The notes under the pieces are model-generated. The model was not told the origin of the DNA. It did not search any database and saw only the letters and a program-made list of their open reading frames with translations. A program made the position numbers and the translations under genes. DNA of 64,000 nucleotides from Oligoflexales bacterium (GTDB lineage Bacteria; Bdellovibrionota_B; Oligoflexia; Oligoflexales; Bog-1112): assembly GCA_045106415.1 (NCBI GenBank), contig JBGCEP010000026.1, forward strand, positions 76,582-140,581, written 5' to 3'. Below are positions 53,765 through 63,660 of this stretch, piece after piece. The first letter of the stretch is position 1. Each line of letters opens with the position of its first letter.

Positions 53765-55096
53765 TCAATGAAGAGGAATGCCAAGCAGTTTTCCATTCTC
53801 TGTAAACCCTTTTAAGCTGACCTGTGAAAAAGAACCTGCAGTCATAGGGGTTGGACAAACGACGGCAAGATCGTTTGATGTTCTTCCTTGGCCTCGATCG
53901 CCTTTTGAAGTTTCCCAAAGAACTTGGTGGCTTTTAGAAAGAGCAAAGCGACCATAATTAAGATTTAGCTTGTGGGATAGTTTTCGTAGGCTTTCAGCGC
54001 GTTTGTGGGTGACTTTAGGGTCTAGGTGATCAGGAAGGCGTAAAGCTGCTGTATTTGGTCGCTTAGAGTATGGAAAGACATGCAAAGATGCTAAAGAGCA
54101 TTCATGCTCGATGAAGTCCATCGTTTCTTTGAAATCATCATCTGTTTCTCCAGGAAAGCCAGGAATGATGTCGGCAGTAATTCGAGCGTGAGGAAAGGCG
54201 TTACGAATTTGATGGACTGAATCAAGGTATCGAGCTTTTGTATATTGGCGTCTCATCTTTTTTAGAATTTTATCCGAGCCGGATTGAAGTGGAAGATGAA
54301 AGGAATCGCAAAATTGATCTTGATATTCGAGTGCCACCGCAATGAGGTCTGGAGTTACTTCACTTGGCTCCAGTGAGGAAAGTCGTATGCGGCTGTTATG
54401 ATTTTTTGCAAGATTCAAAATTTCTCTGAACAGAGATGGAAAGTGAGTTTCTGGAGACAGGTCTCGTCCGTAATCACCAAGGTGGATGCCCGTGAGGACA
54501 ATTTCTCTACACCCATCTTGAAAACGTTTTTCCGCCTCCTCTAAGATGTCAGCTATAGGGACACTACAGCTTTGTCCCCTTGCATACGGAATCTGACAGT
54601 AGCTACAAAATCCGTTGCATCCATCTTGAACTTTTAAGAAAACTCGTGTTCGAGAAGATTTTGATGAAGCAAATAAAGGTGCTGATTTGAAGTGACCTTG
54701 CTTGTTCTTTTCGACAAGAGCAACGTGTTCAGGAACTTTGCCTGTCCATTGATTATTCCAACGCTTAGAAATCAGCTCTGCAGCGCTTGCTTTGATCTCA
54801 TTCGGGATCACAACATCAACATATTCAAGATCTGCTATGGTTTTTGAATCAATTTGAGCGTAACATCCTGTAATCACTTTTAGGCTATCAGGGTGCTCTC
54901 GTTGGTTGCGACGAATCCAGTAGCGGGCCTCTTTCTCAGCGTTCTCTGTAACACTACAGGAGTTTACGATAAAGACGTCAGCAGCCTCGGCGGAATCACG
55001 AAGTTCCCATCCGAGTGCTTGAAATTGGTTTTCTATGGCGTGACTATCAAATGAGTTGACCTTGCAGCCCAAGGTTTTAACGTATACTGATGGCAT
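53765..55096 (-). CDS. mtaB: tRNA t6A37 methylthiotransferase
   Basis: TLGCKVN; NSCSVT; VITGCYAQ; KVQDGCNGFCSYC; HVFPYSKRPNT; ATG at 55096 after GGAG. Confidence 0.93.
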   Translation of the reverse strand: MPSVYVKTLGCKVNSFDSHAIENQFQALGWELRDSAEAADVFIVNSCSVTENAEKEARYWIRRNQREHPDSLKVITGCYAQIDSKTIADLEYVDVVIPNEIKASAAELISKRWNNQWTGKVPEHVALVEKNKQGHFKSAPLFASSKSSRTRVFLKVQDGCNGFCSYCQIPYARGQSCSVPIADILEEAEKRFQDGCREIVLTGIHLGDYGRDLSPETHFPSLFREILNLAKNHNSRIRLSSLEPSEVTPDLIAVALEYQDQFCDSFHLPLQSGSDKILKKMRRQYTKARYLDSVHQIRNAFPHARITADIIPGFPGETDDDFKETMDFIEHECSLASLHVFPYSKRPNTAALRLPDHLDPKVTHKRAESLRKLSHKLNLNYGRFALSKSHQVLWETSKGDRGQGRTSNDLAVVCPTPMTAGSFSQVSLKGFTENGKLLGIPLH

Positions 55097-55176
55097 GTCA
55101 ATAAAATCTCCCAAAAGCCCCAAAATACTTACGGGAAATTGAGATGGAACGCAAGGATAGAGATTAACTGGTTGAT

Positions 55177-55995
55177 ATGAAAGGTTTAAATAAGATGCTA
55201 AATGAAGAACAGAAGCAAAGAGCAGAAAAATTCTTTCAAGACCTTCAAGATAGGTTGATGGCTCGTCTTGAAGAGGTTGACGGTTCTTCCAAGGCCGAGC
55301 GTAAGTCTTGGGAACGTCCTGGGGGAGGCGGAGGTAGGATGAGCGTCCTACGTGGTGAGGTCGTTGAGAAAGCTGGTGTGAATTTTTCTTCAGTACAGGG
55401 AGATGAATACCCGTCAATTGAAGAGCAATATAAAGGGAAGCCATTCACAGCAATGGGGACTTCGACTGTAACGCATATGATGAACCCTTATGCGCCAATT
55501 GGGCATATGAATGTTCGCATGTTACAGGTGGGGGATGACTTTTGGTTTGGTGGAGGTGGTGATCTGACTCCTTGTATCGAGTTTGAGGAAGATACAAAGA
55601 GTTTTCATGCAGCTTTGAAGAAAGCTTGTGATCAATATAGGCCAGAGGCTTATGATGAGTATTCTAAGTGGTGTAAAGAATATTTTTATATTAAGCACTG
55701 GAAAAGTGAACGTGGGGTTGGGGGTGTTTTTTTTGATTATGTAAAGGGAGATTTTGAAGAGGTATTTGCTTTTGTACAAAATGTTGCAAATGCATATGTT
55801 CAAGTGTTTCCTGATATTTTATTAAAGCGACGTGACACAAGTTACACCGAAGAAGAAAAAGAAAAGCAACTTCGGTGGCGTGGGCGTTATGCTGAATTTA
55901 ATCTTGCATATGATCGAGGAACAAGGTTTGGTCTGATGACGGGTGGCAACCCAGAAGCTATTTTTGTATCGTTACCACCAGTTGTGAAATGGTAG
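55177..55995 (+). CDS. hemF: Oxygen-dependent coproporphyrinogen III oxidase
   Basis: EKAGVNFS; HMNVR; WFGGGGDLTP; RGVGGVFFD; RGRYAEFNLAYDRGTRFGL. Confidence 0.96.
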   Translation: MKGLNKMLNEEQKQRAEKFFQDLQDRLMARLEEVDGSSKAERKSWERPGGGGGRMSVLRGEVVEKAGVNFSSVQGDEYPSIEEQYKGKPFTAMGTSTVTHMMNPYAPIGHMNVRMLQVGDDFWFGGGGDLTPCIEFEEDTKSFHAALKKACDQYRPEAYDEYSKWCKEYFYIKHWKSERGVGGVFFDYVKGDFEEVFAFVQNVANAYVQVFPDILLKRRDTSYTEEEKEKQLRWRGRYAEFNLAYDRGTRFGLMTGGNPEAIFVSLPPVVKW

Positions 55996-56005
55996 GGGGT
56001 GTTGA

Positions 56006-57976
56006 GTGTTTGCGGAATCTGGTTTTTTTCTTTTGTTAATGTGTTTTCTTTCAAGTTTATATGGTTTTGGGGCTTCTTTAATTTCAGCGAAGCTTCGTCA
56101 TAGGAGATTGTACCGTTCGAGTGCTCAAGCGTTAATAGCTTCTGCCGTCATGACGACAGTGGCTTGTGGCTTATTGCTGTGGATGTTTTATCAAAGAGAT
56201 TATTCTGTCGCGTATATTTTTAAAAATTCGAGTAATGATCTACCTCATTTATATACACTGACGGCATTTTGGTCATCTCTCGAGGGGTCACACCTTCTTT
56301 GGACTTTTCTCTTAGTTTGGGTTGCTGTCATCGCTTTATGGACGCACGTTAAAGATAATGAACATATCATGCCTTATGTTTGTGCTTCTTTCCACGGTGT
56401 GTTGTGTTGGATGTATTACTTAACGGTCAGTTACTCAGATCCGTTTGTGCGACAATTTCCTGTGATGACGAATGGCCAAGGTATGAATGCCTTACTTCAG
56501 AATCCTTATATGGCGATTCACCCACCATGCTTATTTATGGGTTATACCGCTTTGGCTGTTCCTTATGCGTATGGTTTGGCGGCACTGTGCTTTGGTGATG
56601 TGACGGCAGGATGGTTAAAAACTGTACGAAGATGGACCCTTATTGCTTGGATTTTTTTGACAGTTGGGATTTTTCTCGGAGGGCGTTGGGCTTATGTTGA
56701 GCTTGGTTGGGCAGGTTATTGGGCTTGGGATCCTGTGGAGAATTCAAGTTTTCTACCGTGGCTTTTTACAACCGCTGCTCTTCATGCTTTGATTGTTCAG
56801 GAAAAATTGGGCCATCTGAAGCGTTCAGCTATTTTACTAGGGCAGTTTGCTTTCTTTTTTAGTTTTTTCGGAACGTTTATTACTCGATCAGGAGTGATTA
56901 CTTCTGTTCATTCTTTCGCTCAATCACCTATTGGTCCGAACTACCTAGCTTTTTTAGGTGGTTTGTTGGGCGTTAGTATGTTGCTTTATGGTTGGAGGGC
57001 GCATTCGATTCTTCCTGCAGATGCAGGAAAAGTTTGGGGAGTGTCTCGAGAATCAGCTTTGGTTGTAACTCAATTTTTATTAACAACTTTTGCGGCAATT
57101 GTCTTGATTGGAACTATGTATCCCATAGTATCTGAATCTTTGACCGGTGCGCGATTTAACGTGCAGGCTCCATATTTTAATGCTTTTGCACCTTGGCTCG
57201 GTATTTGTTTTGTTGTTGCTGTCGCGCTTGGAAATTTATTGCGTTACCAGCCAACACCTATGGTCGGAAGTTTGAAGTCTCATGTCATTGTATTGTTAGT
57301 AGCAATACCATTGACGTTAGCGTTTTCTTATGCTGGGCGTGTGTTTGAAAGTCGACCTTATGAATTAGGAGCCCAGCTTGTTGGAGTCTATCTGTGCTTT
57401 TGGGCTGCGGGTTGTTTGGTTGTCGACCAACTTGTGAAGTTAAAGGCATTAAGATGGAGCGTAAACTTGATGTGGATGAGAAACAGAGCGTCGCTTGGCG
57501 CTTTTGTTGCTCATATTGGTATGCTTGTCGCTATTTTAGGGTTTTTAGGAAATTATCGAGGAGTTGATCAAACGGTGACCTTAAAGAAAGGGGAAAGCAC
57601 GACTCTTTATGGTTATGAGTTTCAATTTAATGGAGTCCGTGAATATCGATTAGATAACGCTTGGGTTTATGAGGCCCCACTATCTGTGTCAACTATTGGA
57701 AAAGATGTTGGGGTAGTTGCAGCTGCTAGAAATCGTTACCCAACTCGACCTGAACTTATGCATGAAGTTGGGATTTTAGAACAGTTTTGGCATGATATTT
57801 ATGTTGTTTTAGCGGATTTCAATGAAGAGAATCATGATCAAGCAACGCTCCAAATTTACATTAACCCTACTGTCAGAATTGTCTGGATTAGTGTTGTTTT
57901 GATGGCGTTGGGTGGACTGCTTGCTGTCTTTGATCCTACTCGTGGTGAAAGGAGTCGTGATGCATTGGTTGCATAG
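56006..57976 (+). CDS. ccmF: Cytochrome c heme lyase CcmF
   Basis: WAYVELGWAGYWAWDPVENSS WWD motif; IHPP; SVHSF. Confidence 0.96.
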   Translation: MFAESGFFLLLMCFLSSLYGFGASLISAKLRHRRLYRSSAQALIASAVMTTVACGLLLWMFYQRDYSVAYIFKNSSNDLPHLYTLTAFWSSLEGSHLLWTFLLVWVAVIALWTHVKDNEHIMPYVCASFHGVLCWMYYLTVSYSDPFVRQFPVMTNGQGMNALLQNPYMAIHPPCLFMGYTALAVPYAYGLAALCFGDVTAGWLKTVRRWTLIAWIFLTVGIFLGGRWAYVELGWAGYWAWDPVENSSFLPWLFTTAALHALIVQEKLGHLKRSAILLGQFAFFFSFFGTFITRSGVITSVHSFAQSPIGPNYLAFLGGLLGVSMLLYGWRAHSILPADAGKVWGVSRESALVVTQFLLTTFAAIVLIGTMYPIVSESLTGARFNVQAPYFNAFAPWLGICFVVAVALGNLLRYQPTPMVGSLKSHVIVLLVAIPLTLAFSYAGRVFESRPYELGAQLVGVYLCFWAAGCLVVDQLVKLKALRWSVNLMWMRNRASLGAFVAHIGMLVAILGFLGNYRGVDQTVTLKKGESTTLYGYEFQFNGVREYRLDNAWVYEAPLSVSTIGKDVGVVAAARNRYPTRPELMHEVGILEQFWHDIYVVLADFNEENHDQATLQIYINPTVRIVWISVVLMALGGLLAVFDPTRGERSRDALVA

Positions 57977-58463
57977 AATACTTAGATTAACTGTTTTTTG
58001 TAGTGTTTTTCTGTCTGTGTTCGCGCTAGCAGAAGTGATTCATGATGAGGGTCTTTCTCCAGAGCAGGCAGAACTTTATAAAGATATTTCGTATCAATTG
58101 AGATGTCCTACCTGTACGGGCTTGAGTATTTTAGAGTCTGATGCTCAGTTTTCTTTGCAGATAAGAGAAGCTGTAAGAGAGCAGGTGTTAGCCGGGCGTT
58201 CTCGTTCTGATATTCTAGACTTTTTTACGGTGCGTTATGGATTGTGGATTTTGAGAGAACCCCCTAAGGAAGGGTTTCATCTTTTAGCTTGGCTTTTACC
58301 AATTGGTATTCTTCTTGTAGGTGGAACTTTGATTTGGCTGTTACTATGGCGAAGAAGGTATCAAATTCCTCACGCTGAAGCTATCGCACCAACAAATGAA
58401 CTTAAAGGTCGTATGAATGATGAGCTCGAACAGCTGAGGGTAAAGGAGCAAGATCGTGGATAA
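57960..58463 (+). CDS. ccmH: Cytochrome c biogenesis protein CcmH
   Basis: LRCPTC; RYG.WIL.EP; C-terminal TM helix. Confidence 0.9.
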   Translation: MHWLHRILRLTVFCSVFLSVFALAEVIHDEGLSPEQAELYKDISYQLRCPTCTGLSILESDAQFSLQIREAVREQVLAGRSRSDILDFFTVRYGLWILREPPKEGFHLLAWLLPIGILLVGGTLIWLLLWRRRYQIPHAEAIAPTNELKGRMNDELEQLRVKEQDRG

Positions 58464-58752
58464 CGGGTTAGCATTTTGTATTGCAGCAGGGGTGTTGTTT
58501 CTTCTTTTTGTCCTTTCACCGTTTTGGATGGGTGTAGGTGGAGAGTTGGAAAGAGCATCTGTCATAGATGATTTAAATGAATTATTAAAACTGAAGTCAG
58601 CTGTTTTGCAAAGGTATCTTCAAGAAGAGAAAGATTTTGTAGCAGGGCACTTAACAAATACTGAGTGGAATCGCCGTAAAGAGTTTTTGGAAGGTCGTTA
58701 CCTTGATTATGCGCGTCGTTTAGATTACCTCAATCGTGGAGTAGACTCATGA
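58456..58752 (+). CDS. Small membrane protein resembling the CcmI N-terminal segment
   Basis: TM helix plus E.DF.AG.L...EW helical motif, directly downstream of ccmH. Confidence 0.5.
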   Translation: MDNGLAFCIAAGVLFLLFVLSPFWMGVGGELERASVIDDLNELLKLKSAVLQRYLQEEKDFVAGHLTNTEWNRRKEFLEGRYLDYARRLDYLNRGVDS

Positions 58753-59912
58753 AGTGGATGTGGATGCTATGGGTTTTGAGTGCTGCTCCTTTATGTGGTG
58801 CTGTCGTACCAGGAGAGCGACTCCTGATGTTGATGGATGTGGATGGGGATTCACTGTATGGAAGTGCATATTTTTCAGTAGAAAATCAAGGAGAGACTCC
58901 AGAAAAAGCTCGTGTTGAAATGATAGTGCCAGAAGGGACTGTGGGTGTTGAAGGTGGGCATGGTCTAAAAGAAGAAAATGTGCTGTGGGGACATGGTCGT
59001 CTTGCTATTGAAAAAACGTTTCCTGTAGGTGTGACAGTCATTAATTATTTAATTAAAATTCCGATCACAACAGAAGAATTGGTTTTTCAATTTCCATATA
59101 ATCTTAAATCATTTGGAGTTGCTAAAACAAAAGGGACTCCATTAACGTTGAATTCTCAATCGATGCAATCAGGTTTGGCTGATCAATTGGCATCAAGTTA
59201 TGCTGGTTTGAGTCGGAATGAGGTTAAAAAAGGTGAGCAGCTTTCTGTTGAGGTACGTTTTGAAGAAGGTCATGAAGATCTTGCTTCTGAACATACATCA
59301 GACAAAAAGCTCCATGTTGGAGAGCGTTATTTAGTTTTAATTTCTGCAGATGCTGATTTTATTTATGGTCAAGTTTATTTCGCTGTTTATAATGAAACTG
59401 GGCAAAAATCTGATTTTCAGTGGCCAATCCTTCTTCCAAAAGAAACTATTGATTTTGAAGGTGGTGATGGTGTGAAGGAAGAGGATCTTCATTTAGAAGA
59501 TGAAAAAGTGATCTTACGCCGTGAGTTTCCTCCTGGAATGACATTAATTGGTATCCAGTTTAAAACAACACATGATACAGGGAAATTAACTTTTGAGCCT
59601 CCAATAGATCTACCAAAATTTTTTGTAGCTTCCCCTAAATCGTCAGGTGTTGTCGTGACATCAGGGCAAATGGAGCCTGGGATTCCACAAATGTTAAACG
59701 CCTCTGAGTATGTGGGTATTCGATCTCATGCTGCTGTAAAAAAAGGCGAGGCCATTATAGTTGATTTGCATGGGTTGCCTGAAGATAGAATGGTGTACTG
59801 GCTGACAGGTGGAGGAACAGGATTGCTTCTTATGATTTTAGCAACTGTCTTGACAGCCCGCTCTGTTTGGAATCATGAAAAGCGAGATGAGGCTGTCATT
59901 GTCAACAATTAG
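58749..59912 (+). CDS. Periplasmic protein with tandem duplicated beta domain and C-terminal TM anchor
   Basis: Two similar halves (GER.L.L....D..YG..YF.V.N); signal peptide; C-terminal TM helix. Confidence 0.7.
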   Translation: MKWMWMLWVLSAAPLCGAVVPGERLLMLMDVDGDSLYGSAYFSVENQGETPEKARVEMIVPEGTVGVEGGHGLKEENVLWGHGRLAIEKTFPVGVTVINYLIKIPITTEELVFQFPYNLKSFGVAKTKGTPLTLNSQSMQSGLADQLASSYAGLSRNEVKKGEQLSVEVRFEEGHEDLASEHTSDKKLHVGERYLVLISADADFIYGQVYFAVYNETGQKSDFQWPILLPKETIDFEGGDGVKEEDLHLEDEKVILRREFPPGMTLIGIQFKTTHDTGKLTFEPPIDLPKFFVASPKSSGVVVTSGQMEPGIPQMLNASEYVGIRSHAAVKKGEAIIVDLHGLPEDRMVYWLTGGGTGLLLMILATVLTARSVWNHEKRDEAVIVNN

Positions 59913-60081
59913 ACAAAGAGCTTTAGTCTGGATCGGGAAGCGGCTGCTTGCCGCTGTCGTGCCAGTTCTTGTTGAAAAAGTACGGAAAACAAAAAATCCA
60001 CAACACTCTTCGGGAGTGATTTGTGGACATTGTGGTTATGAAAAACCACAATGTTCATGCTCTGAAAAAAAAGAAGGCTAG
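59875..60081 (+). CDS. Small hypothetical Cys-containing protein
   Basis: CGHCG...CSC C-terminus; co-oriented with and overlapping its neighbours. Confidence 0.35.
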   Translation: MKSEMRLSLSTIRQRALVWIGKRLLAAVVPVLVEKVRKTKNPQHSSGVICGHCGYEKPQCSCSEKKEG

Positions 60082-60082
60082 C

Positions 60083-60274
60083 ATGGTTTTTATAATACGG
60101 TTTCTTATCCCAGCTGCAATCTTGTGGTTTGTGTGGCGTTATTTCCAAGAAGACAAAGAGTCTTTGGGTGATTCGCATGAAGGTTCAAAATTGAATTCAG
60201 AACCTGAAATTGTGGATTTATGTCCGGATTGTGGTGAGCTTTTAAAGAATAAGAAAAATCATAAATGTTCATGA
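60083..60274 (+). CDS. Small membrane protein with C-terminal Zn-binding motif
   Basis: N-terminal TM helix (MVFIIRFLIPAAILWFVW); CPDCG...HKC. Confidence 0.5.
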   Translation: MVFIIRFLIPAAILWFVWRYFQEDKESLGDSHEGSKLNSEPEIVDLCPDCGELLKNKKNHKCS

Positions 60275-60427
60275 TCTACCGATATTCAATTTTCAAAAAC
60301 AAAGAGATTTATTTATAGTAGGGAGAATGATTTTGAAGATTTTTGAATTACTGTACGGAAAATTGACTATGTGTTTTAAGAATTTTTAATAGTTTTTTAT
60401 TGAGTTTTTTATGAAATTAATCGTTTA

Positions 60428-60632
60428 GGGTGTGTTGACCTTTCATAAGGGCAACCATAAGTACAGACATGCCATTGCCAACATTCCTTCGAAATTTTGC
60501 TGCAATTTCTCAAATCTGGTCGCTATAGATCGAAATTGTTCCAATCGAGCAAAAATATTCTCAACAAGGTGTCGATATTTGTAAAGAGACCAATCAAAGT
60601 TAGGATTTGTTTTTTTTGAATTTTTCTTCCGA
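60428..60632 (-). pseudogene. IS5-family transposase 3' fragment with terminal inverted repeat
   Basis: DWSLYKYRHLVENIFARLEQFRSIATRFEKLQQNFEGMLAMACLYLWLPL*; TA|gggtgtgttgac end. Confidence 0.85.
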
Positions 60633-61580
60633 CATTGATCAGTCCAAAGTGACGTTTTTGTAATTTTATTTTCGTTTAATAATCCTAGAGTCGAGGTATA
60701 TTTGATCGTTCATATTGGCTTGATAGCGGGCTTGGATTCAGTTTAAAAGTTGATATTGCTGTAATGGCCTAGGGTTGTAGACCTTCGCAGTCCCATGTTC
60801 TCATGATGTGAAGTGTGTATTTTCTAGGATGTGATTTGAAAACAAAAAAGACCTTGGGTATGATTAATCGCTAAAAAAAACAAACCAAGGTCAAATGTCA
60901 TGCTAGCGTCTTTCTTTGCCGAACTCAACTTTTTTCGATCTGTATTTTCTCGCCAACGCCAATACTTGTGGTTTGCGTCACCTGTCTCGGCTTTGTAGTC
61001 AGCCATGACAAGCTTGGTGGGGTCAGTCCTATGATCAGAGGGCTTCATCTTGGTGATCATGCTTACCGCTCTATTTTAAATTTTTTCTCACAAGCAGAGG
61101 TTTTTATAAGGTCACTCGAGCAGAGTATTCTCGAGTGGATTCAACTGCATTTTGAACATAGCATGCCAACAGTAGATGGCAAGACGATCACCGTCATCGA
61201 TAGCAAAAAAATTGCTAAAGAGGGCAAGAGAATGCCTGGAAATAAGTGGCAATACCAAGATTCCGCTAGTAATGCAAAGTCAGAATACTTCACAGGTCAT
61301 ATGTTTGAAGCTTTAGGTTTTTTAGTGAAAGTCGGGAAAACTGCTTTCTAGCACCATTCTCTTGTCGTCTTATCAGTGGTTTTAAACATAGCAACCGCGA
61401 CACATCAACTTTAAAAACTCGGGCCTCAGATGTTCTCACATCATTTGATCTTACCAAGTCTATTGTTGTGGCAGATGCTTGGTATGCAGCTGAAGCTGTA
61501 GCTCAGCCAGTTGTCGACGCTGGTTCAACTCTTATTTCTCGTGTGTCTCGAAATGCCGTTGGTTACGAAGAACCTATAGC
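60633..61580 (+). pseudogene. IS701-like (DDE) transposase, frameshifted and truncated
   Basis: VIDSKKIAKEGKRMPG...SEYFTGH; VVADAWYA; ISRVSRNAVGYE; frameshifts near 60970 and 61348; putative end cattgatcagtccaa. Confidence 0.75.
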
Positions 61581-62085
61581 ATTGGCTGGTTTTATTTACT
61601 CACACAGACTGAGTCTATTCCACTTATAAACTTGAATTTGAGAGATGTGATTTTATCTTATAAATTTAGTATGTTGTTCCTAGTTTTATCACATATTTGG
61701 AATTGACATGCCTAAGTTATACCAATCACGTAAAATAAGAGCTTTACTCATTTTCTTGAGAAATTGAAGATAATTTCGATTTTTTATGCTTTATGGCAAC
61801 ATCATACTCAAAAATGTCCTAAATAATCTTGCGACAAATTATATTTTATGAATCTTAGTATGCTCTACCCCTCGTCAATTGTTCCTATCCCCCATAGATC
61901 TTTATTGGGATTTCTTAAAAGCGCCGTCCGATCAGTGTGCTGAACTTAAATTCATTGCTGATGCTGTTGAAAAAGCTAAAGTTACCAAAAAAACGTCACC
62001 AGTAGCCGTGTTTTCACTGACTGGGTGACTTTTAAATATCAATTAAATTGTCTGAAGATCTGGGACTGTGCAGTTCTTAAAGTCT

Positions 62086-62949
62086 TCAAATATTGACATT
62101 TTGAATACTTTTATAGGAAATAGATTCCATGTAATCATGCTCTTTAAATGCATGATGCTTATGAACGCGTTCGAAAATATATTTTTTACCCTTGTCTTTT
62201 AAGATTTTTTCTACATATTCAATTGATTTTAACTCACTTTCACAAAACAATTGGCTGTCAAAAATGTCTCCAACTTGGATATCATGATCATCAATAGATA
62301 AAGCATGGTTAGTCTTAATATAATCTCTAATTATTCCGTAATTTTTTGGTATTGGCCCATAATCCAAGCATTCATAATTTAAACCTGTGATACTCACTCC
62401 CTCATTTAAATAGTGGTGGATATCTACATAAAAAACAGCTTTAAAAAAGAAAAGTGGACTTGGAGCAAATTGATTGTATTTTGAAAAAATAGAAATTAAA
62501 CGCGCAATACTAAACTTACGGTCACCAGAGTATTCGTTTGGGGCTTTATTTTCCCATTGTTTAATCATCTGACTACTGAATGATTTTTCATCACACTTCA
62601 AACGAATAATCTCATTTTGGGAAAAATCTTGAATACCAGCTCCTTCCCATCTTCTCACACTAGCAACTCCTACACCGAGAAAATCTGCAAATTTATCCTG
62701 ACTCATCTCCATACTGTCACGGAAACACTTTATTTCCGACGAAGTGTATAATCTTTTATGCTGCCGATATGCATCGGCAACAGCAATTACCTTCTGTTTT
62801 TGCTGATTTGAATCATTAATACATGTACCACATACTTCACACTTGTAAGTTTCATATCTGTACTCCATATCTTTTACATCCTTGAAGTCGATTAAACCTA
62901 CTTTAGTAACTTCTTCAAACTTTGTATTATCACAACTGTAACATTTCAT
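62086..62949 (-). CDS. Antitoxin: Zn ribbon + HTH (MqsA-like) + Panacea/SocA (DUF4065) domain
   Basis: CYSC...CEVC; MSQDKFADFLGVGVASVRRWE; KAVFYVD..HY..GVSITG..Y..DYGPIP. Confidence 0.85.
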   Translation of the reverse strand: MKCYSCDNTKFEEVTKVGLIDFKDVKDMEYRYETYKCEVCGTCINDSNQQKQKVIAVADAYRQHKRLYTSSEIKCFRDSMEMSQDKFADFLGVGVASVRRWEGAGIQDFSQNEIIRLKCDEKSFSSQMIKQWENKAPNEYSGDRKFSIARLISIFSKYNQFAPSPLFFFKAVFYVDIHHYLNEGVSITGLNYECLDYGPIPKNYGIIRDYIKTNHALSIDDHDIQVGDIFDSQLFCESELKSIEYVEKILKDKGKKYIFERVHKHHAFKEHDYMESISYKSIQNVNI

Positions 62950-62953
62950 CACA

Positions 62954-63352
62954 TTAATCCCCTTTATTGTCTTCATGAAGAGATAGATAAAGATAGTAAT
63001 CCTCACAAAGAACAAATTTTAGATACATATCCTTTCCTCTGAAGTTCGAATAATTTGAAGACCAGCAAAAAGGCCAAAGCTCCTTTCCGTTTGCTTGAGG
63101 TTCAAAAGAACTTGTGGGCGGATACTTGCCATTTGCTTGCTCATAAGATCTCTGCACATTTCCATTCAATATTTCACCAATAAAATTCTCGATCAAAGCA
63201 GGGATGTCTTCGATATCAAAACCTAGCTGAGTAAGTTCTAAATGCTCTCTAGTAACTTTGTTGTTATCGCAATACATAACCTTACCTGCTTTTAATAACT
63301 CAACTGCTTTTCGCAGCTTCCCGCTTAACTCTTTATGACTAGGACGAATCAC
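62954..63352 (-). CDS. Putative type II toxin, MqsR/RelE-like
   Basis: Directly upstream of the antitoxin; C-terminal MYLKFVL...YLSLHED. Confidence 0.65.
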   Translation of the reverse strand: MIRPSHKELSGKLRKAVELLKAGKVMYCDNNKVTREHLELTQLGFDIEDIPALIENFIGEILNGNVQRSYEQANGKYPPTSSFEPQANGKELWPFCWSSNYSNFRGKDMYLKFVLCEDYYLYLSLHEDNKGD

Positions 63353-63392
63353 CTACATTTCTCCACAAGGCCAAGATGAGACATATATATCC

Positions 63393-63404
63393 TATCATAT
63401 GATA
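63393..63404. promoter_or_regulatory. Palindromic operator candidate for the TA operon
   Basis: Perfect 12-bp palindrome tatcatatgata about 40 nt upstream of the toxin start. Confidence 0.45.
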
Positions 63405-63660
63405 TGTCTATATGATCTTTTCGGGTTCTGTGGGAAGATACTTAAGATATTTCTCAAATATTTGATCAGTAAGGTCAGCAATCTCTTTATTTCACTAATA
63501 TTATTGAGAATAAATTTTCTTACGAGAAAACGTATTCTGTCAAAGAAAAGAGCTGGCTATTAACAAAGCCCCAATCTCAGACAATTTGATTCTTTATGTC
63601 AATGAGTGACAACTATTCTGAGAGAGGGGGCCATCAGCTCTGTTTGTATTTCTTCTATAT

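Noticed and set aside
55097..55444. N-terminal extension of MtaB in the ORF track
   Set aside because: It overlaps hemF on the opposite strand; homology and an RBS start at ATG 55096
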